Source: Flaccisagitta enflata
Lineage: Eukaryota
Assembly (NCBI GenBank): GCA_965153355.1
Contig: OZ231126.1
Coordinates: forward strand, 45,446,001 to 45,510,000
Direction of reading: 5' to 3'
DNA: 64,000 bases
The stretch's first letter is position 1, and every line of letters starts with the position of its first letter. Shown in pieces: positions 20,548 to 34,427 of the stretch. The notes under the pieces are model-generated. The model did not search any database, was not told the origin of the DNA, and was given only the letters and a program-made list of their open reading frames with translations. The position numbers and the translations under genes are program-made.

Positions 20548-22978
20548 ATCTATCGTTCCCTCTTTTTCTTGTCCCCTTCTCTTTACTCGGCCACTTTCGT
20601 CTTTCACCTTCTTTTTACGTTTGCCAAGAGGAAGGAGAGCGCGTGGTTTAAAAGGGTTCTTAAGGGTCATCGCAGGAGAAACATTCTGATGGCCTTTGAC
20701 CCTGCCCAAGTTACCAACGGTGAGCATGAGAGGGACTCAACCACGCGGAGAGACGAGAGCGCACGTGTCCACTCCCAGTCTACCGCAAAAAAATCGAAGA
20801 GAAAGCCATTTTGAGATAGGGCGCCTATGGACACAATGCAATGTGCATGCTGAAGACTTCAAACCTGTACCAGTATTTAAAACTTTTAGTTGAGGTGAAT
20901 GGACTGTCTAAGAAAAAACACGGCTACCGAAGTCGCGTGCGGGTGGGCAGGGGCAGTGAAATGCTTGTGTCCTTCCGTCCATTCATCCTAATTTCAAATT
21001 TGAAGCTTCCGAGGGTAGATTGTAGGCCGGAAATGGCTGATTTGAGGACTAAGAAGTCAGATTTGAAGCCTAAGAAGTCAGATTTGAAGTCTAAGGGCTG
21101 AATTCATGCCCGAGAGACATGATTCAAGGCCTGAAAGGGCTGATTTCAGTCCTGAGAAAGTATATTTCAGGCCCGAGAGGGCAGTTCTAAGGTCTAGGAG
21201 GGCAGATTTCAGGACTGAGGGGCCTTATGTGGGGACGAATGGATGAACAGACGGCAGGACGGAAGGACGAACAAAAGTCCGACTATGTTCTACGGGACTT
21301 CGTCCCCTTCGGGGCCGCTGCCCAAAAAACCGCCCATAAAAGCTAAGCGTGACCGATGGATGGACGGACGGACCGACGGACAAAGCGGGTTATAGAGTCG
21401 CGTGCACGCGACTAAGAACCGAAAGGGAGAATGAATAAAGGAAAAAGAAAGACAAAAAGAAATACAGAAACAAAGTAACAAAAAAGTACAGATACAAAGA
21501 AACAAAGAAACAAAGAGAGATAGAGAGAGAAATAACATGACTAAGGAAAAAAACACACAAACGCAAAGGCAAAAAGAAAAGAGAGGAGAGTAGAAAAAAA
21601 AAGAAAAGAGAAAAGTACGGTAAAGTTTTCCAATCTCGTTGAGTGCACACGGCAAAAGTGCACAAGTGCACGCAAACACAACCCAGGCAAAGGTGGGCCG
21701 ATAAACGAATGAGGAAGTGCAGAGGAGAAGGAGAAGAAAAAGGAGAAAGAAGAGGAAGGGAAAGACGAGAACGAGGCAAGAAAAAAAAGGACAAAGGCGG
21801 AAGGTGAAGGTGCAAAAGAAAGTGATGAAAAGGGAACAAGGCAGAAAAAAAAGGCCGGATACATGTGTTAAGACGATGCACCTCGTGACAGACCAATAGA
21901 TGGACGGATAGACGGATGGATGAAAAGATGGATGGCAGGACGGACGGACGGACAAATCCTTATACAGAGGTCCGTTGGCTCACCTTGCAACAAGGCCGGA
22001 TACACGGCTGGCCAAGTCGCGTGCGGGTGGGCAGGGGCAGTGATGAAATAGACCAGCTAGGCAGTTGGGCAGGGGCTGTAAACGTCGAAAAAGCTAAGTG
22101 TCACCGACCGACTGACCGACAGACAGACGGACAGAGTGGGTTGTAGAGTCGCGTGCACGCGACTAATGAAAAAAAAAGATCGACCACATTGGCCAATAGA
22201 TGCGCCCAGTGTCGACAGACGGAAAAGAGTATCTACCTTTAGACCGAAGAACCGAAGAGGAAACAAGGCCGGATACACGGCCATCAGTTGTGGATGGGTG
22301 GGCAGGGGCTGAAATGCAACTGTCCGCAACTAAAAATGTTCTAAAACGCTTGTTTCCTCACTTTTCGACTCGTGTCCATGGACCGACGGACCGACCAACC
22401 AACCAACCGACCAACGGACGGACAAAGCCTCTTATAGAGTTGCGTGTCCGCAACTAAAAAGAAATGGCGAGTCATCGATCGTCCAAGCGCCTAGGAGATG
22501 AAGCAAAGAAAGGACGAGCTGTGGTGAAAATGTCGGACGAAGAAAAGCAAGGGAACGAGCCTAAACGGGCGACTCGATTAGTCATCCTCCTGGTTTTAGA
22601 AAATACGTTCTGTACAGACCAACTGACAGACCGACGGACAGGGCCTCTCGTAGAATTAAGATGACGCATCAGAGCAATCAAGGTAGTTACCACCCCTCTA
22701 GGTCAAAATGGGGTCCCAGCTTTCATTTCAGAGGTAATATAACGACTCAAGCCTTTTGGCTAGCTGTTCCAAGCAAAAAAAGGTACAATTTTACTAAACT
22801 ACCGGTAGCATGGGTCAAATGAAGTCAAGGTATACAGGCGGCTGAATGACGTGAAAATTGTATACTATAAACATAGGCCGTTTTCAACTAAGGGGTGAAA
22901 AGAGAAAAAAAAATAGATCTATGAAGGTCAATAAAACCAATGATAATCATTGAAATATCAAAAAACTATGATTGATTA

Positions 22979-25900
22979 CTAGATAAATCTATTTTTAGAC
23001 AGTTGCAATATGTTTTTCACAGTTTTAGTCAGTGGCTGCTTTATGTATACGACCCCTGTTTTGGGGTCTATTTGGAAAAATTCAAGGCCAGTAGGAGGAT
23101 TAGACTCTCGGATGTAGTAGATAATTTCCGAATTTGGGCCTGAGGCATCATTATCCGTGGCTTTGACAGTGGCCAGAGGAGTGGCGTAGCCTACTTTTTC
23201 ATCCACTTGCTTTATGTAGAGGTTGTTTTCAAAGGTTGGTGAGTAATCATTTCTAATTACTGTCACAATTACTTTGGAACTGGTGCTCTTGGGAGGATTT
23301 CCTCTATCAGTTGCTTTGACTAAGATATGGTAGACTGTTAACTTTTGTGGATCAGCTGCCAGTGAACTGGCAAGCAGGATTTGGCCCGTGTCTGGATGGA
23401 TGTAAAAGTATGAAGGAGCTGTGCCTTCACCCACGATGCTGTAAAATATCTGTCCACTTTTGCCACCATCTGGGTCGGTAGCTACGACCTTTTCCACAGG
23501 CGTCTTTAGTGGATCATGCTCATTGAGAACTGCAGTGTAAGGATTTTTTGGTATGACTGGTGGATTGATATTTCGATTGACATAGATCTGAAGGACATTT
23601 TCCGTACTTTTAGGTACATCTGCGTGATCTGTTGCTTTTATTCTAACATTATAAATGGTAGCATCATCGACCTTAAGATTTTGTTTCACAGAAATTCTTC
23701 CTGTGTCGTTAGTAATTTGGAAGAAATCAGGTGCATTTCCATCACCAGAGATGCTGTAGTGAACTTTTTGGTTGTCATCATCAACTGCGGTGATGGCTGT
23801 TATATACTGATCTACTTTATGGGTTTCTTTGATATCCACTGGTGGAAGATACGGTGGTTCAAAGCGAGGAGGGTTCAAATTTCTGTAAACATTTACATAA
23901 CATGTAACTGAGGCTGAAAGAGGAGGGTCTCCTCTATCAGCCGCGACTAATATCAACTGATAGTAACTCTGGGAGTCTCTGGTGAGTGAATTTTTCACCA
24001 TGATTTCCGCCGACTCTTGATTTGCATAGAAATACTGTAATGTGTTTTGATTTCCTTTCATTGAATATCTCAGTTGCCCAGAATCACCTTTGTCTGGATC
24101 AAAGGCTGGCAATGTGAAGATGACATCGCCAATTGTTGTTGCCTCAGAAATTGTTGTTTGAAGATCAGGCGAAGTTTGACGAAATTTAGGTTGATTAAGA
24201 TTTCTTATGACTCTAATTGTGAGCAAAGCAGTTGTCATCCGACTCAAATCTCCACTGTCATAGGCCTTTACAAAAAGAATGTATGATACAACATCTTCCA
24301 ATTCCACTGATTTTTGAAGAGCAACTTGACCCGTCAATTCATTGATTTTGAAAAAAGGCAGAGCCTCAGGTGTGCCAACTAATTCATACTTGACAATACC
24401 CTTTGCATAATTATCATCGGCGTTTATGGAAATAACGACCGTTCCAATTCCAGCTTCCTGAGGAAGATCGGCTTTGTAAGAAGCGGGATTGACGTTAAAG
24501 ATGGGCCCATCAGTGACTTCAAACAGAGTCACTTGCATCTCGGTGGTCGTGGTGCGAGGTGGATTATCATTGTCATTGGCTTCAATGGCCAAAGTAAACT
24601 GTTTATTGCCGAGATTTTTCAAAATGCCTTTGACTCTTACGATGCCAGTGTATGGCTCGATGAAAAAGAGGCGCTTCACTTCATCAGAATTTCTTGGAGC
24701 CAGACTATAAGTGATGTCAGTATCAAGGGTATCAATGTCCGTCGCTCTCACTTTTCCGACCTCCTTTCCAGGTGAGTTATACTCGTATGCAATTCCTCTG
24801 TATGGAGCATTGATAAATGAGGGCGCCAAATCGTTTTTGTTCATGACACTTATTTTGACCGTGGCCGTGGCGGTGAAGGCGGGATTTTCCCGCATCCCGA
24901 CATAGAGGAAAAACACGGTCTGTCCACTTTCATAGTCTAAACTATTTTTAGCCGTGATGACTCCCGTGAAACTGTCGATTTGAAATGTGTCGGTGGGTCC
25001 AGAGGCGATCTGATAAGTGATTTGTCTCCTCGTATCGGCATCCACGGCCTCAACCGTGACAATATCCACGGTTCCAGGCGCCGTGTTTTCCGGCAGTTCT
25101 CCATTATATTGCAATTGGACAAAATTTGGGGGTGTGTCTTCTTTGTCCCTGACCTGAATCGTGACTGAGGCGGTTGTTAAGCGGTACATACTCCCTTCAT
25201 CTCTCGCACTAACGGTAAACGTGAAACTTTTCTCCATCTCATAATCGAGAGCTCTCGTGGTGTAAATGCGACCCGACGCCGAAATGGAAAATGGCACTTT
25301 TTCATCAAAGCTGTAAATTACATTGCCATTGGCTCCCGTATCTAGATCAGTGGCGACGGTTTGTCCCACCCAAGTATTTGAGGGCTCTCCCTCATTCACA
25401 AAGAACGAATAATTTTGCATGGAAAATATCGGACTGTTATCATTGACGTCAGTCACGCGAATCGTGAGTCCCATTTGCGCGTCCATTCTACCATCAGTGA
25501 CTTTGATGTCGAGGTTATGAACTCTTTTCGTTTCGTAATCCAATTCTTTGGCTAATATCACCAATCCTTTAGAACTGATGATAAAAAGATTGTTGGAATT
25601 GCCATTAATGATGGAATAAGTAAGATTGTTGTTGACATCTGGATCAAAAGCAGATGCGTTGTAAATGACATTGCCAGGTGGAAATGTCTCTGAAACGGAC
25701 CATTGAGCATCCAACATGCGGAAAGATGGTCCTATGTTGAAAGCCTCTACGAAAGTCACATCCACCACGCAATGGTCCATCATCCCCCCACCATCCATGG
25801 CAGTAACTGACAACGTGTAACTATCACCTCTGTTGGTTGGAGCGATGACGCAAATGGCGCCAGTCTCCGGATCGATTTTGAATTTGCTTCCGCCACCTGA

Positions 25901-26891
25901 AGTCACAGATTCAATGGCATACGTAACGTTGCTGTGAGGATGATTTGGCTTGTCTGCGTCATTGGCTTGGACTCGCAAGATTTCCCTCTCCCTCCCACTC
26001 CTGCTTTCTGGGAACCTCCTCGTGTATGTGTTGGACTGGAAAACCGGTGGGAATTCATTGACGGGTATTAGATTGATTTCCACCTGCTTCCTCGTTTCTT
26101 TGAAAGTATTTCTTTCCCTAGCCGTTGCAATAAGAATGATTGGCGTCTCAATTGCCTCAAAATTAAGCAAAGATTTCGCGGCCTCATTTCTCACTTTAAT
26201 GAAACCATCGGACGTCATTTCAAAGAAAGAGGATCCCGTCAAAGTGTACTCGATAACCGTTTTATCATCAAACGCTTCATTATCCGGATCAATGGCCCAA
26301 ACTCTGAGCAGCTCATCCGACCCGACTTTTGTGACATAAGCATCCTCGGGATTTTCCATGATCTCTCCTTCATAAGGTAACATTTGAAATTCCGGCGCTT
26401 TAGTATCAATGGGTGTCACGATGATATTCATTTTAGCGTAAGCCTTTCTCTGGAAAATATCTTGTTCGCTCGCCTCGATGATCAAAGAGTAATGATCGTT
26501 GTTGCCCAGATCCGACCAACGAATCGGCTTCTTCTGACTCAGGGCTCCGCTGTCCTCATCCATGGAGAAGAAATCCGGCCAGTTACTGGGTTCTCCCGTT
26601 ACGATTCTGTAATTGGAGGGTTTTCTTCTCCCGGTTCCTTGATCCAGATCCTGGGCCCTGACGAATCCGATGGCCGCCGAATTGGGCGTGTTCCTCGAGA
26701 TGGTGATGCGGTATTCCGGGTCCACGCAGACGTCTCCGACTTGTTGGCCGCAGTTGAGGATGGTGTTGGTCTGCAGGAAGTTGGGCCCGCGATCGTCGCC
26801 GTCCGTGATGCTGACGGTTAAGGAGGTCGTGGCGCTGAGGCGATTCTCGACTCTGTTGGCAGTGTCCGCCGCGACAACCACCAGGATGTAA
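22979..26891 (-). CDS. Cadherin exon 6 (3.9 kb; end of EC2 to partial EC14). Spliced product is 1546 aa with a PCDH15/Cad99C-like N-terminus
   Basis: Acceptor CTATCTCAG at 26892; repeated PE, LDYE, AxDxG and DxNDN cadherin motifs; TTSLTVSITDGDDRGP followed by a Cys pair matches the PCDH15 EC2-EC3 signature. The 3' boundary is uncertain. Confidence 0.93.
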
Positions 26892-26924
26892 CTGAGATAG
26901 ATAGGGAAGAATGTTACTGTTTTT

Positions 26925-27005
<81 letters not shown>

Positions 27006-27007
27006 GC

Positions 27008-27082
<75 letters not shown>

Positions 27083-27129
27083 CGTTGTTGATGTTGTTGT
27101 TGTTGTTGTGGTTGTGGTTGTGGTTGTCG

Positions 27130-27190
<61 letters not shown>

Positions 27191-27223
27191 CAATGTTGTT
27201 GTTGTAGTTGTTGTTGTTGTTGC

Positions 27224-27287
<64 letters not shown>

Positions 27288-27388
27288 GCTGTTGTTGTTG
27301 TTGTTGCTGTTGTTGTTGTTTTTGTTGTTTTTTTTTTTGTCTGTCATTGTTTATCTTTTTCATTTGTCCTTTTGTCATGTTGTTGTAG

Positions 27389-27492
<104 letters not shown>

Positions 27493-27568
27493 ATTTGTTG
27501 TTGTTGTTGTTGTCGTTGTTGTCATCGTTGTTGTTGTTGATGCTGTTATTAATGTTTTGTTTTGATTA

Positions 27569-28504
27569 CCGTACTATCTAGAGCATAAATATATCGCCAA
27601 AATAAGAATTAGTTATGTTATCAATATAGAATTCCTCAAAAAATATTCATATTATGCCAAACTAATAGTGTTGCTCCCATAGACCTCAACCACTACCTGA
27701 TTGTGGGTTTTCTGTACATTTTTAGGCAAATTTTAAGTATGAATACAAAATAGCTCTCCCCATCTTGAAAGCAATTTTAGACTATTTCATAGTCAATATG
27801 GCGGGTTCCCTTGTGCTGTCATTTCTAACCAATATGTGTCGTTAAGCCAAGAAAATGAAAACGAGTCTTCAACATTGTCCTGAGGTCCAGAAATAAGATT
27901 AAAAATACTCACATCTATCAGACAAATTACTTCATTTTTACAAGCAGAGATAGACATAAAACTAGATGAAATATTTTGACCATTTTTCAAAAGGGGTATC
28001 ACTTTTATTTTGCTTGCCATTTCTAAACGACTTGAGCTAGAAAAATGCGATTGGTGGCATTTGGTCAGAAATTCGATGTAGTTTCTGAATCTCACTGATT
28101 TTCATAAGTTTTTTTTCACTTTTGATGGAGTTATAGCTTAAAATGCTTGGCGATGTATTTATGCTCTAGGTAGTATTGCCTGCATTTATCGCCCCCCTCT
28201 AATTAACGCCCCCCCTTTTTAAAAAAATATAAAAGCTTATAACAAAACCATATTGCTAAAGAAAATATTATCTCATCTATAGTGAATAAAGTTTCTTATT
28301 GACAAAAAAAGCAAAAAAATGGCAAGCAATGCAAAAAATATTCTGTTTTACTGTTTTATGAACAAAAGATTTATCAGAAACAGTAAATTTCAAACAAAAT
28401 ATTCTATACTTGAGTGAATGAGGGGGCGCTAATTGCAGGTTAATAATGACAATGTTTCATTTGAATTTCAAAAGCGCCCGGGGCGCTAATTACAGGAAAT
28501 ACGG
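27569..28504. mobile_element. Outer MITE with CCGTATT termini (Tc2/pogo-like)
   Basis: Removing the inner element gives CCGTATTGCCTGCATTTATCGCCCC; the right end reverse-complemented reads CCGTATTTCCTGTAATTAGCGCCCC; TA flanks. Confidence 0.8.
27574..28173. mobile_element. TA-flanked MITE (27-bp TIR CTA(T/C)CTAGAGCATAAATA..) nested in another MITE, within cadherin intron 5
   Basis: TIRs match with 2 mismatches; TA duplicated at 27572-27573 and 28174-28175. Confidence 0.85.
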
Positions 28505-28600
28505 TATATAGTTCTTTTCTGTCATTTCTGTCTTTGTCTATTTGTGTAGTTGTTGTTGTTGTTGTTGTTGTTATTGTTGTTGTTGTTGTTGTTGTTGTGG

Positions 28601-28654
<54 letters not shown>

Positions 28655-28728
28655 TTTCTCATTTTTTTTTGCTGTCGTTGTTGTTTTTATTCTTTTATCG
28701 TGTTGTTGTTATCATTGTTGTTGTTGTT

Positions 28729-28818
<90 letters not shown>

Positions 28819-28962
28819 GATGTTTTTTTTTATTGTTTTTATTAGCTGTTATTGTTTTTTGTTCTTTTATCGTGTTGCTGTTATTATTGTTGTTGTTATT
28901 GTTGTTGTTGTTATTGTTTTTGTTGTTGTTGTTGTTGTTGTTGTTGTTTTTGTTTTTGTTGC

Positions 28963-29056
<94 letters not shown>

Positions 29057-29096
29057 AGTTGTTGTTGTTGTTGTTGTTGTTTTTGTTTTTGTTGCT

Positions 29097-29180
<84 letters not shown>

Positions 29181-29225
29181 CTTGTTGTTGTTGTTCTTGT
29201 TGTTGTTGTTGTTGTATCCACTTAC

Positions 29226-29467
29226 TATTTTTGCGAAGCCGGCATCGTATCGTAATCTAGATGTCGTTTGATTCTGACGATGGCGGATTCGGGCGAAGTC
29301 AACTCGAAGTATTTGCTGCCATCCAAGTCTGGATTGCCTCCGAACTCTGCCACGCTGTATGTGATCTCGGCGTTGACGCCAACGTCGTAGTCAATGGCGC
29401 GGATACGACGGAAAATGACCACGCCAACAGGCGTCAACTCGTTCACTTCCGTTATGTAGGAAGGTTC
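29226..29467 (-). CDS. Cadherin exon 5 (EC2: VNELTPVG..AIDYD..LDYD)
   Basis: AAG acceptor and TA|GTAAGT donor; the apparent TAG stop is split by the intron and becomes TAT. Confidence 0.92.
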
Positions 29468-29769
29468 CTTGAGAAGATGAAGTAATGAACATCTTGAAAA
29501 GTGAAAGAAAAGAACAAAAAGACAAGACGACAAGAAGATTGACTCGCTTATATCATATTGGCTGGATAATTTGGGGTGATGATTTCATCTATAGAGTCTG
29601 ATCTATAGAGTTTGATTGATGATTTACTGGTTGATCTATAGATTTCATCTATAGAGTTTGATCTATAGAGTTTGATTGATGATTTACTGGTTGACTGCTC
29701 TATTGTTCACATATCGATCACTTCTCTGATCATCTTATTGATTGATTGATTATTTTATTTATTGATTGC

Positions 29770-29807
<38 letters not shown>

Positions 29808-29835
29808 AATTGATTGATTGATTGATTGATTGATG

Positions 29836-29867
<32 letters not shown>

Positions 29868-29905
29868 ATTGAGTATTATTGATGACAGCTGTTATTTCAA
29901 CTCAC

Positions 29906-30016
29906 TTGGAATTTTGGTTTATTGTCATTTCTGTCTGCTATGTTAACGGTGACGTCATATCGTTTGATATCCGTCGCTCCATTTTTGATTTTACACGTAA
30001 TCTTGAACCGGAAAAC
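29906..30016 (-). CDS. Cadherin exon 4 (VFRFKITC..DRNDNKPKFQ)
   Basis: ACAG acceptor, GTGAGT donor, DxNDN motif; 37 codons. Not in the ORF track. Confidence 0.92.
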
Positions 30017-30219
30017 CTGTGTGAAAAAAGAAACAACTATTTTTTACACGACAATACACAACACCCAACAACAATTAAAATCACACTACTCACACAAATA
30101 AATCAGATACACAAGCGCATCAATCAAGCTGAACTTGAACTCTATCGACTTTTGTTGTCTGCTACAGTTTTGTGTGAATAAATGTCACAAAATGACATTT
30201 GATAAGCGAGCCACTTAAC

Positions 30220-30331
30220 CTGTGATGAATCGATGTCGTCGTCTGGGTCTTCGAGGTTGTCTCCTTCCCGGTCGATTTCTTTGATCAGTTTCAGAAATAC
30301 TTTCTGGTTCTTGTAAGCCAATTCAAAATAC
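30220..30331 (-). CDS. Cadherin exon 3 (YFEL..IDRE..)
   Basis: CCCAG acceptor, CAG|GTTAAG donor, DRE motif; phase 2 to phase 0. Confidence 0.88.
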
Positions 30332-30386
30332 CTGGGAATAAATGGATGAATCGATGCTTCATGATGTCCGTGTTTTTTTACGATAA

Positions 30387-31044
30387 CATGGTCAGCGGTA
30401 CACGATGCCCTGCTTGGAGTGATCAAGTGAAGTAGTGGAGCGAGAGCATGGCAGCGACCCCAAATGGCAAAGGACACAAGGGTGAATTTTCAGACGTCCT
30501 GAGGGGGAATATATCAGACCTAAGAAGACTGATTGAGGTAATTAAAGAGGGATTTGAAATCTGAAGGGAAGATTTAAGGTCTGAAGATTAGATTTGAGGT
30601 CTGGAGGCAGACTTGAGGCCTTGGCAGATTTAAGGCCAGGAGGGCTGATTTGAGGCCTGGAACGCTGATTTAAGGCCTGGAACGCTGATTTGAGGTCTGG
30701 AGAGCAGATTTGAGGCCTGGAGAGCTAATTTAAGGCCTGGAGAGCTGATTTGAGGCCTGGAACGCTGATTTAAGGCCTGAAGATTAGATATGAGGTCTGG
30801 AGAGCGCATTTGAGGTCTAGAGAGCTGATTAGAGGCCTGGAGAGCTGAATGGGGCCTGGAGGGCAGATTTAAGGGCTTAGAGGGTCTAGATCAGGCCTGA
30901 GAGTGCTCATTTGAAGCCCCATTGGTCAAAGGGGAGGGGAGACGGAGGGATGGAGGGACGGACAGATGGATGGACAGACGAACATCTGGAAATTCCCCCC
31001 TGTGCTCTACAGGACATCGGCCCTTTGGGGCCGCTTCCCAAAAA
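30387..31044 (-). mobile_element. Family A element with a ~21-bp repeat core, within cadherin intron 2
   Basis: Tail TGGTCAGCGGTACACGATGCCCTG, GATTTGAGGCCTGGAGAGCT-type repeats, end GGGGCCGCTTCCCAAAAA. Confidence 0.7.
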
Positions 31045-31129
31045 GAGTCAGAAATTTTTTAATTTTACCAAGCGTATAATCAGAGAAATAATGCGTAATT
31101 GTATAATGTGCGTGTAAATGTCAACTCAC

Positions 31130-31324
31130 CCATCTGGATTGTTAAACTTGTCGTTTCCGATGCCGACGAGGTCCAATATGATGTTTTGATTTGGCGAGGT
31201 GGGATCTGGATTCCCTTCGATGCCGATGATCTCCTTCATAGGCTCCTCGTCGACGACCTGTTGCGCAGTTGACTCGTCGATGTAAAACGGAAACAAAGGA
31301 CTGTTGGAGTCGCACAAACCGCAG
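31130..31324 (-). CDS. Cadherin exon 2 (start of EC1, CGLCDSN..FYIDE..)
   Basis: AG acceptor and GTGAGT donor; phase 2 to phase 2. Confidence 0.85.
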
Positions 31325-31737
31325 CTGCCAGTTAAGAGAAGTTCAAAATGGCATGAAAATTGAAACATATAAAAAAAAATGTGATCGGGTCTATGATCTA
31401 CTGTGCTAGAGAGGCACAATGACCGCTGCAATTTTTAGGCGCGCCAAAGCACGTCTATTTAACTGACTGTGTTCGTTTGTCTGTTGGTTGGTCGGTTACA
31501 CATTCGTTCGATGATCCATACGGCGCACCTAATTGGCCTACTTGGCCTTGTTACAATTATGACTGAGATTTTTTTTCGATATTCAAGGTCATGATCGCTT
31601 CCAAAAGTCCGTTCATTTTTTTCTGTCATTAAAGGAATTGAATGTCTTAATCGGAATGCAAATGAAAAAAATCTGCCTCTATTTTCTTCAACGGCTAAAA
31701 AGGAGAAGGTCATGATTAGTGTCTTTTTAGTGTATAC

Positions 31738-31805
31738 CTGCCAAAGGAGATATGATTAACGGCAACGAATAGAACGTTGACGAACAAGATTAGGAGGTAA
31801 TCCAT
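31738..31805 (-). CDS. Cadherin coding exon 1 (signal peptide MDYLLILFVNVLFVAVNHISFG)
   Basis: ATG followed by a hydrophobic stretch; donor CAG|GTATAC; ends in phase 2, matching the next exon. Confidence 0.8.
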
Positions 31806-32863
31806 GATCGAAAGTTAGTTTTTTGACTTTTGAAGATATGTTTGTTGTCATCTAATAATTTTGTTTTTCCTTAACTCATTTAATATTTTCTGTTTCCTTT
31901 CATAAGGCTTTCTTTTAAAAAAACGAATCCCGAATTTCTTTTGTAAGATAAAGAGATTGTTGCATGTTGCGAGAAAGAAGAGAAAAGAAAAGAGTTGACC
32001 GTTCCTATGGAAAGCGTGCTATCTGTTTGTGTCCCTCTTGAGTTAAAACATGGGATGGGCGAATCATCATCGTCTTCATCGTGGTTGTCTTTCTACGGAA
32101 TCATGGAATTTTGGAATTTCCCATCTCAGGGAAAATTCCAGGCAGTAAAAAAATCGATGTTATCCGGATCCAAAGTGACGGAACAAAGGACACTTGATGG
32201 ACGAAGAGAGAGTTGTATTTTTCGAGTTGCCGTTATGTTAACAGATTGAATAAAAACACACATGAAGTACGTGTTACTAAATTGTTAAATCGGCTTCGTC
32301 TCGTTTTAAAATGATTAGGGTTAAAACTGACGCTGCCATTGAATACTCCCAGTACTCCCAGTCCTGGACGGATCTTCTTCCTCTTCTCTCAAATGCTGAG
32401 AGTCATTAAAAAGGCGCACATCTTCAGTTTTGGTTCTGACACGCGATGGAAGGATCAACAGGAAAGGACAAGAAAGGAAAAGTTCCAATTTTCGTATTTC
32501 GCGGTCAGAACCGATTTATGGATTGTACTCCCAGGCAAAAAAAGATGGACATCAAAAATTGAGCTTCCCTAGTCGCGTGCGGGTGGTCAGGGCCCAGGGG
32601 TAGTGGAGGAAAGAGCTAATCAAGTATTGGGGCACGGGCTGCAAAAAAAGGCTATTAAAAGTCAACAAGGCCGGATACACGGCCACAAGTTGCGGACGGG
32701 TGCGCAGGAGCGGAAATGCGCGTTCTCACACTTTTCGACTCGTGCTCACCGACGGACCGACGGACCGACGGACGGACGGACGGACAAAGCCTCTTATAGA
32801 GTTGCGTGTCCGCAACTAAAAAAGGTAAGCGTTACAGGCGCAAGGATTTACACAGACATGGTA

Positions 32864-33453
32864 CTACCTAGGAAATAAGTTTAGCATCAAGTTCTGTCGA
32901 GCATAAGCCGCTTTAATCTCAACGAATCCATAAAACATCCATGACTAAAATGATCTACATCGAATTATCTTTTTATGTAGACCAACCGGATATTACTGGC
33001 TTGAGCCATTTTAAAGTTACAGCGGAAAACGTAAAAACCTTCAAATGCGATTTTGCAAAAAAAATGGCCAGTTCATTTACATGTTACTCCACAGCTTGGA
33101 GCCTGGGGAATTCACAGCTAATTCCCAGCACCAAAGTCCTTCCGGAGTGGCCTGGCAATTTGCCGGATCATAATCTGATAGGAAATTTTTGGTCGCAGAT
33201 GAAGAATATGCAGCGACGGGAACACGCTACTTCAATTGAGGGCCTAAAAAGAATAGCATTGAAGGTGTGGAGATAAGTCACGCCATCTTACCTAAAAGCC
33301 TTGTACAAATCCATGCTGGCAAGAATGCAGGCAGTGATTAGCTGGGAGGGACACCATACCAAGCATTGAGAACCGTTTGAACATGTTTTTGAATCATTCC
33401 AGGCGATAAATGAACTGACACTCATTTTGATGCTAAACTTATTTCCAAGGTAG
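32864..33453 (+). mobile_element. Internally deleted Tc1/mariner element with a decayed transposase C-terminus
   Basis: 27-bp TIRs CTACCT(A/T)GGAAATAAGTTTAGCATCAA with TA on both flanks; EWPGNLPDHNLIGNFW..LKVWR*..YKSMLARMQAVISWEGHHTKH matches the Tc1 WPxxSPDLNPIENxW..SMPxRxxAVIxxxGxxTKY region. Confidence 0.88.
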
Positions 33454-33500
33454 TAACACGATTAGTTATAAGTTATGACTTATGAGTAATTGAGTGGCCC

Positions 33501-33583
<83 letters not shown>

Positions 33584-33585
33584 GA

Positions 33586-33740
<155 letters not shown>

Positions 33741-34350
33741 CGATGGGGCAAAAAATGATTCCGCACTTATGAAAAATGAGTCAGCTGTTTTTTCGTAATG
33801 GTTAATTATAAGGTTAAATGATTATAAATGTTTTATATCTACCAACTCCGAACACCCGCCACGAAACTTGTTAAATTCATTTGCAGGAATTTTGCCTACG
33901 CAGTAAAATTTTAAAGTTCAAGCTTCAATTCAAAGACTCAGACCTCAAATAATGCAAACAAAGAGTGCGCAACAGTAAAGACTTGATAATTGTCATCATG
34001 TCTCACCTTTATCCCTTTTCTGTCATTCTTAGCTTGGAATCAGATTTTAAATATTTGACTCAAATTTTGAGTCATCCGTCCGTCCGTCTATCTGTCTGTC
34101 TATATTTGTCAGTTTGATGTTTGCTCTGCCGAACAGGCTGTCTATCTATCTGTGTGTTTCTCTGTCTGAATGTCAGCTTTTCTGTCTCTCTGTCCTCTGT
34201 TTCCTGTCTCTGTCTCTATGTCTTTCTCTTTTTCTCACTATCTGTTTCTCTGTCCGTTTCTCTGTCTCAGTTTCTCTCTGTCTCAGTCTCTGTCTGTCTC
34301 TCTATCGCTCTGTCTCTGTCTCTGTCTCTGTCTCGGTCTCGGTCTCGGTC

Positions 34351-34427
<77 letters not shown>

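Noticed and set aside
26892-27193. Poly-Thr N-terminus of the 1404-aa cadherin ORF (mucin-like)
   Set aside because: It is intronic (AAC)n. A good acceptor at 26892 joins exon 5 in phase, and the real N-terminus has a signal peptide at 31805.
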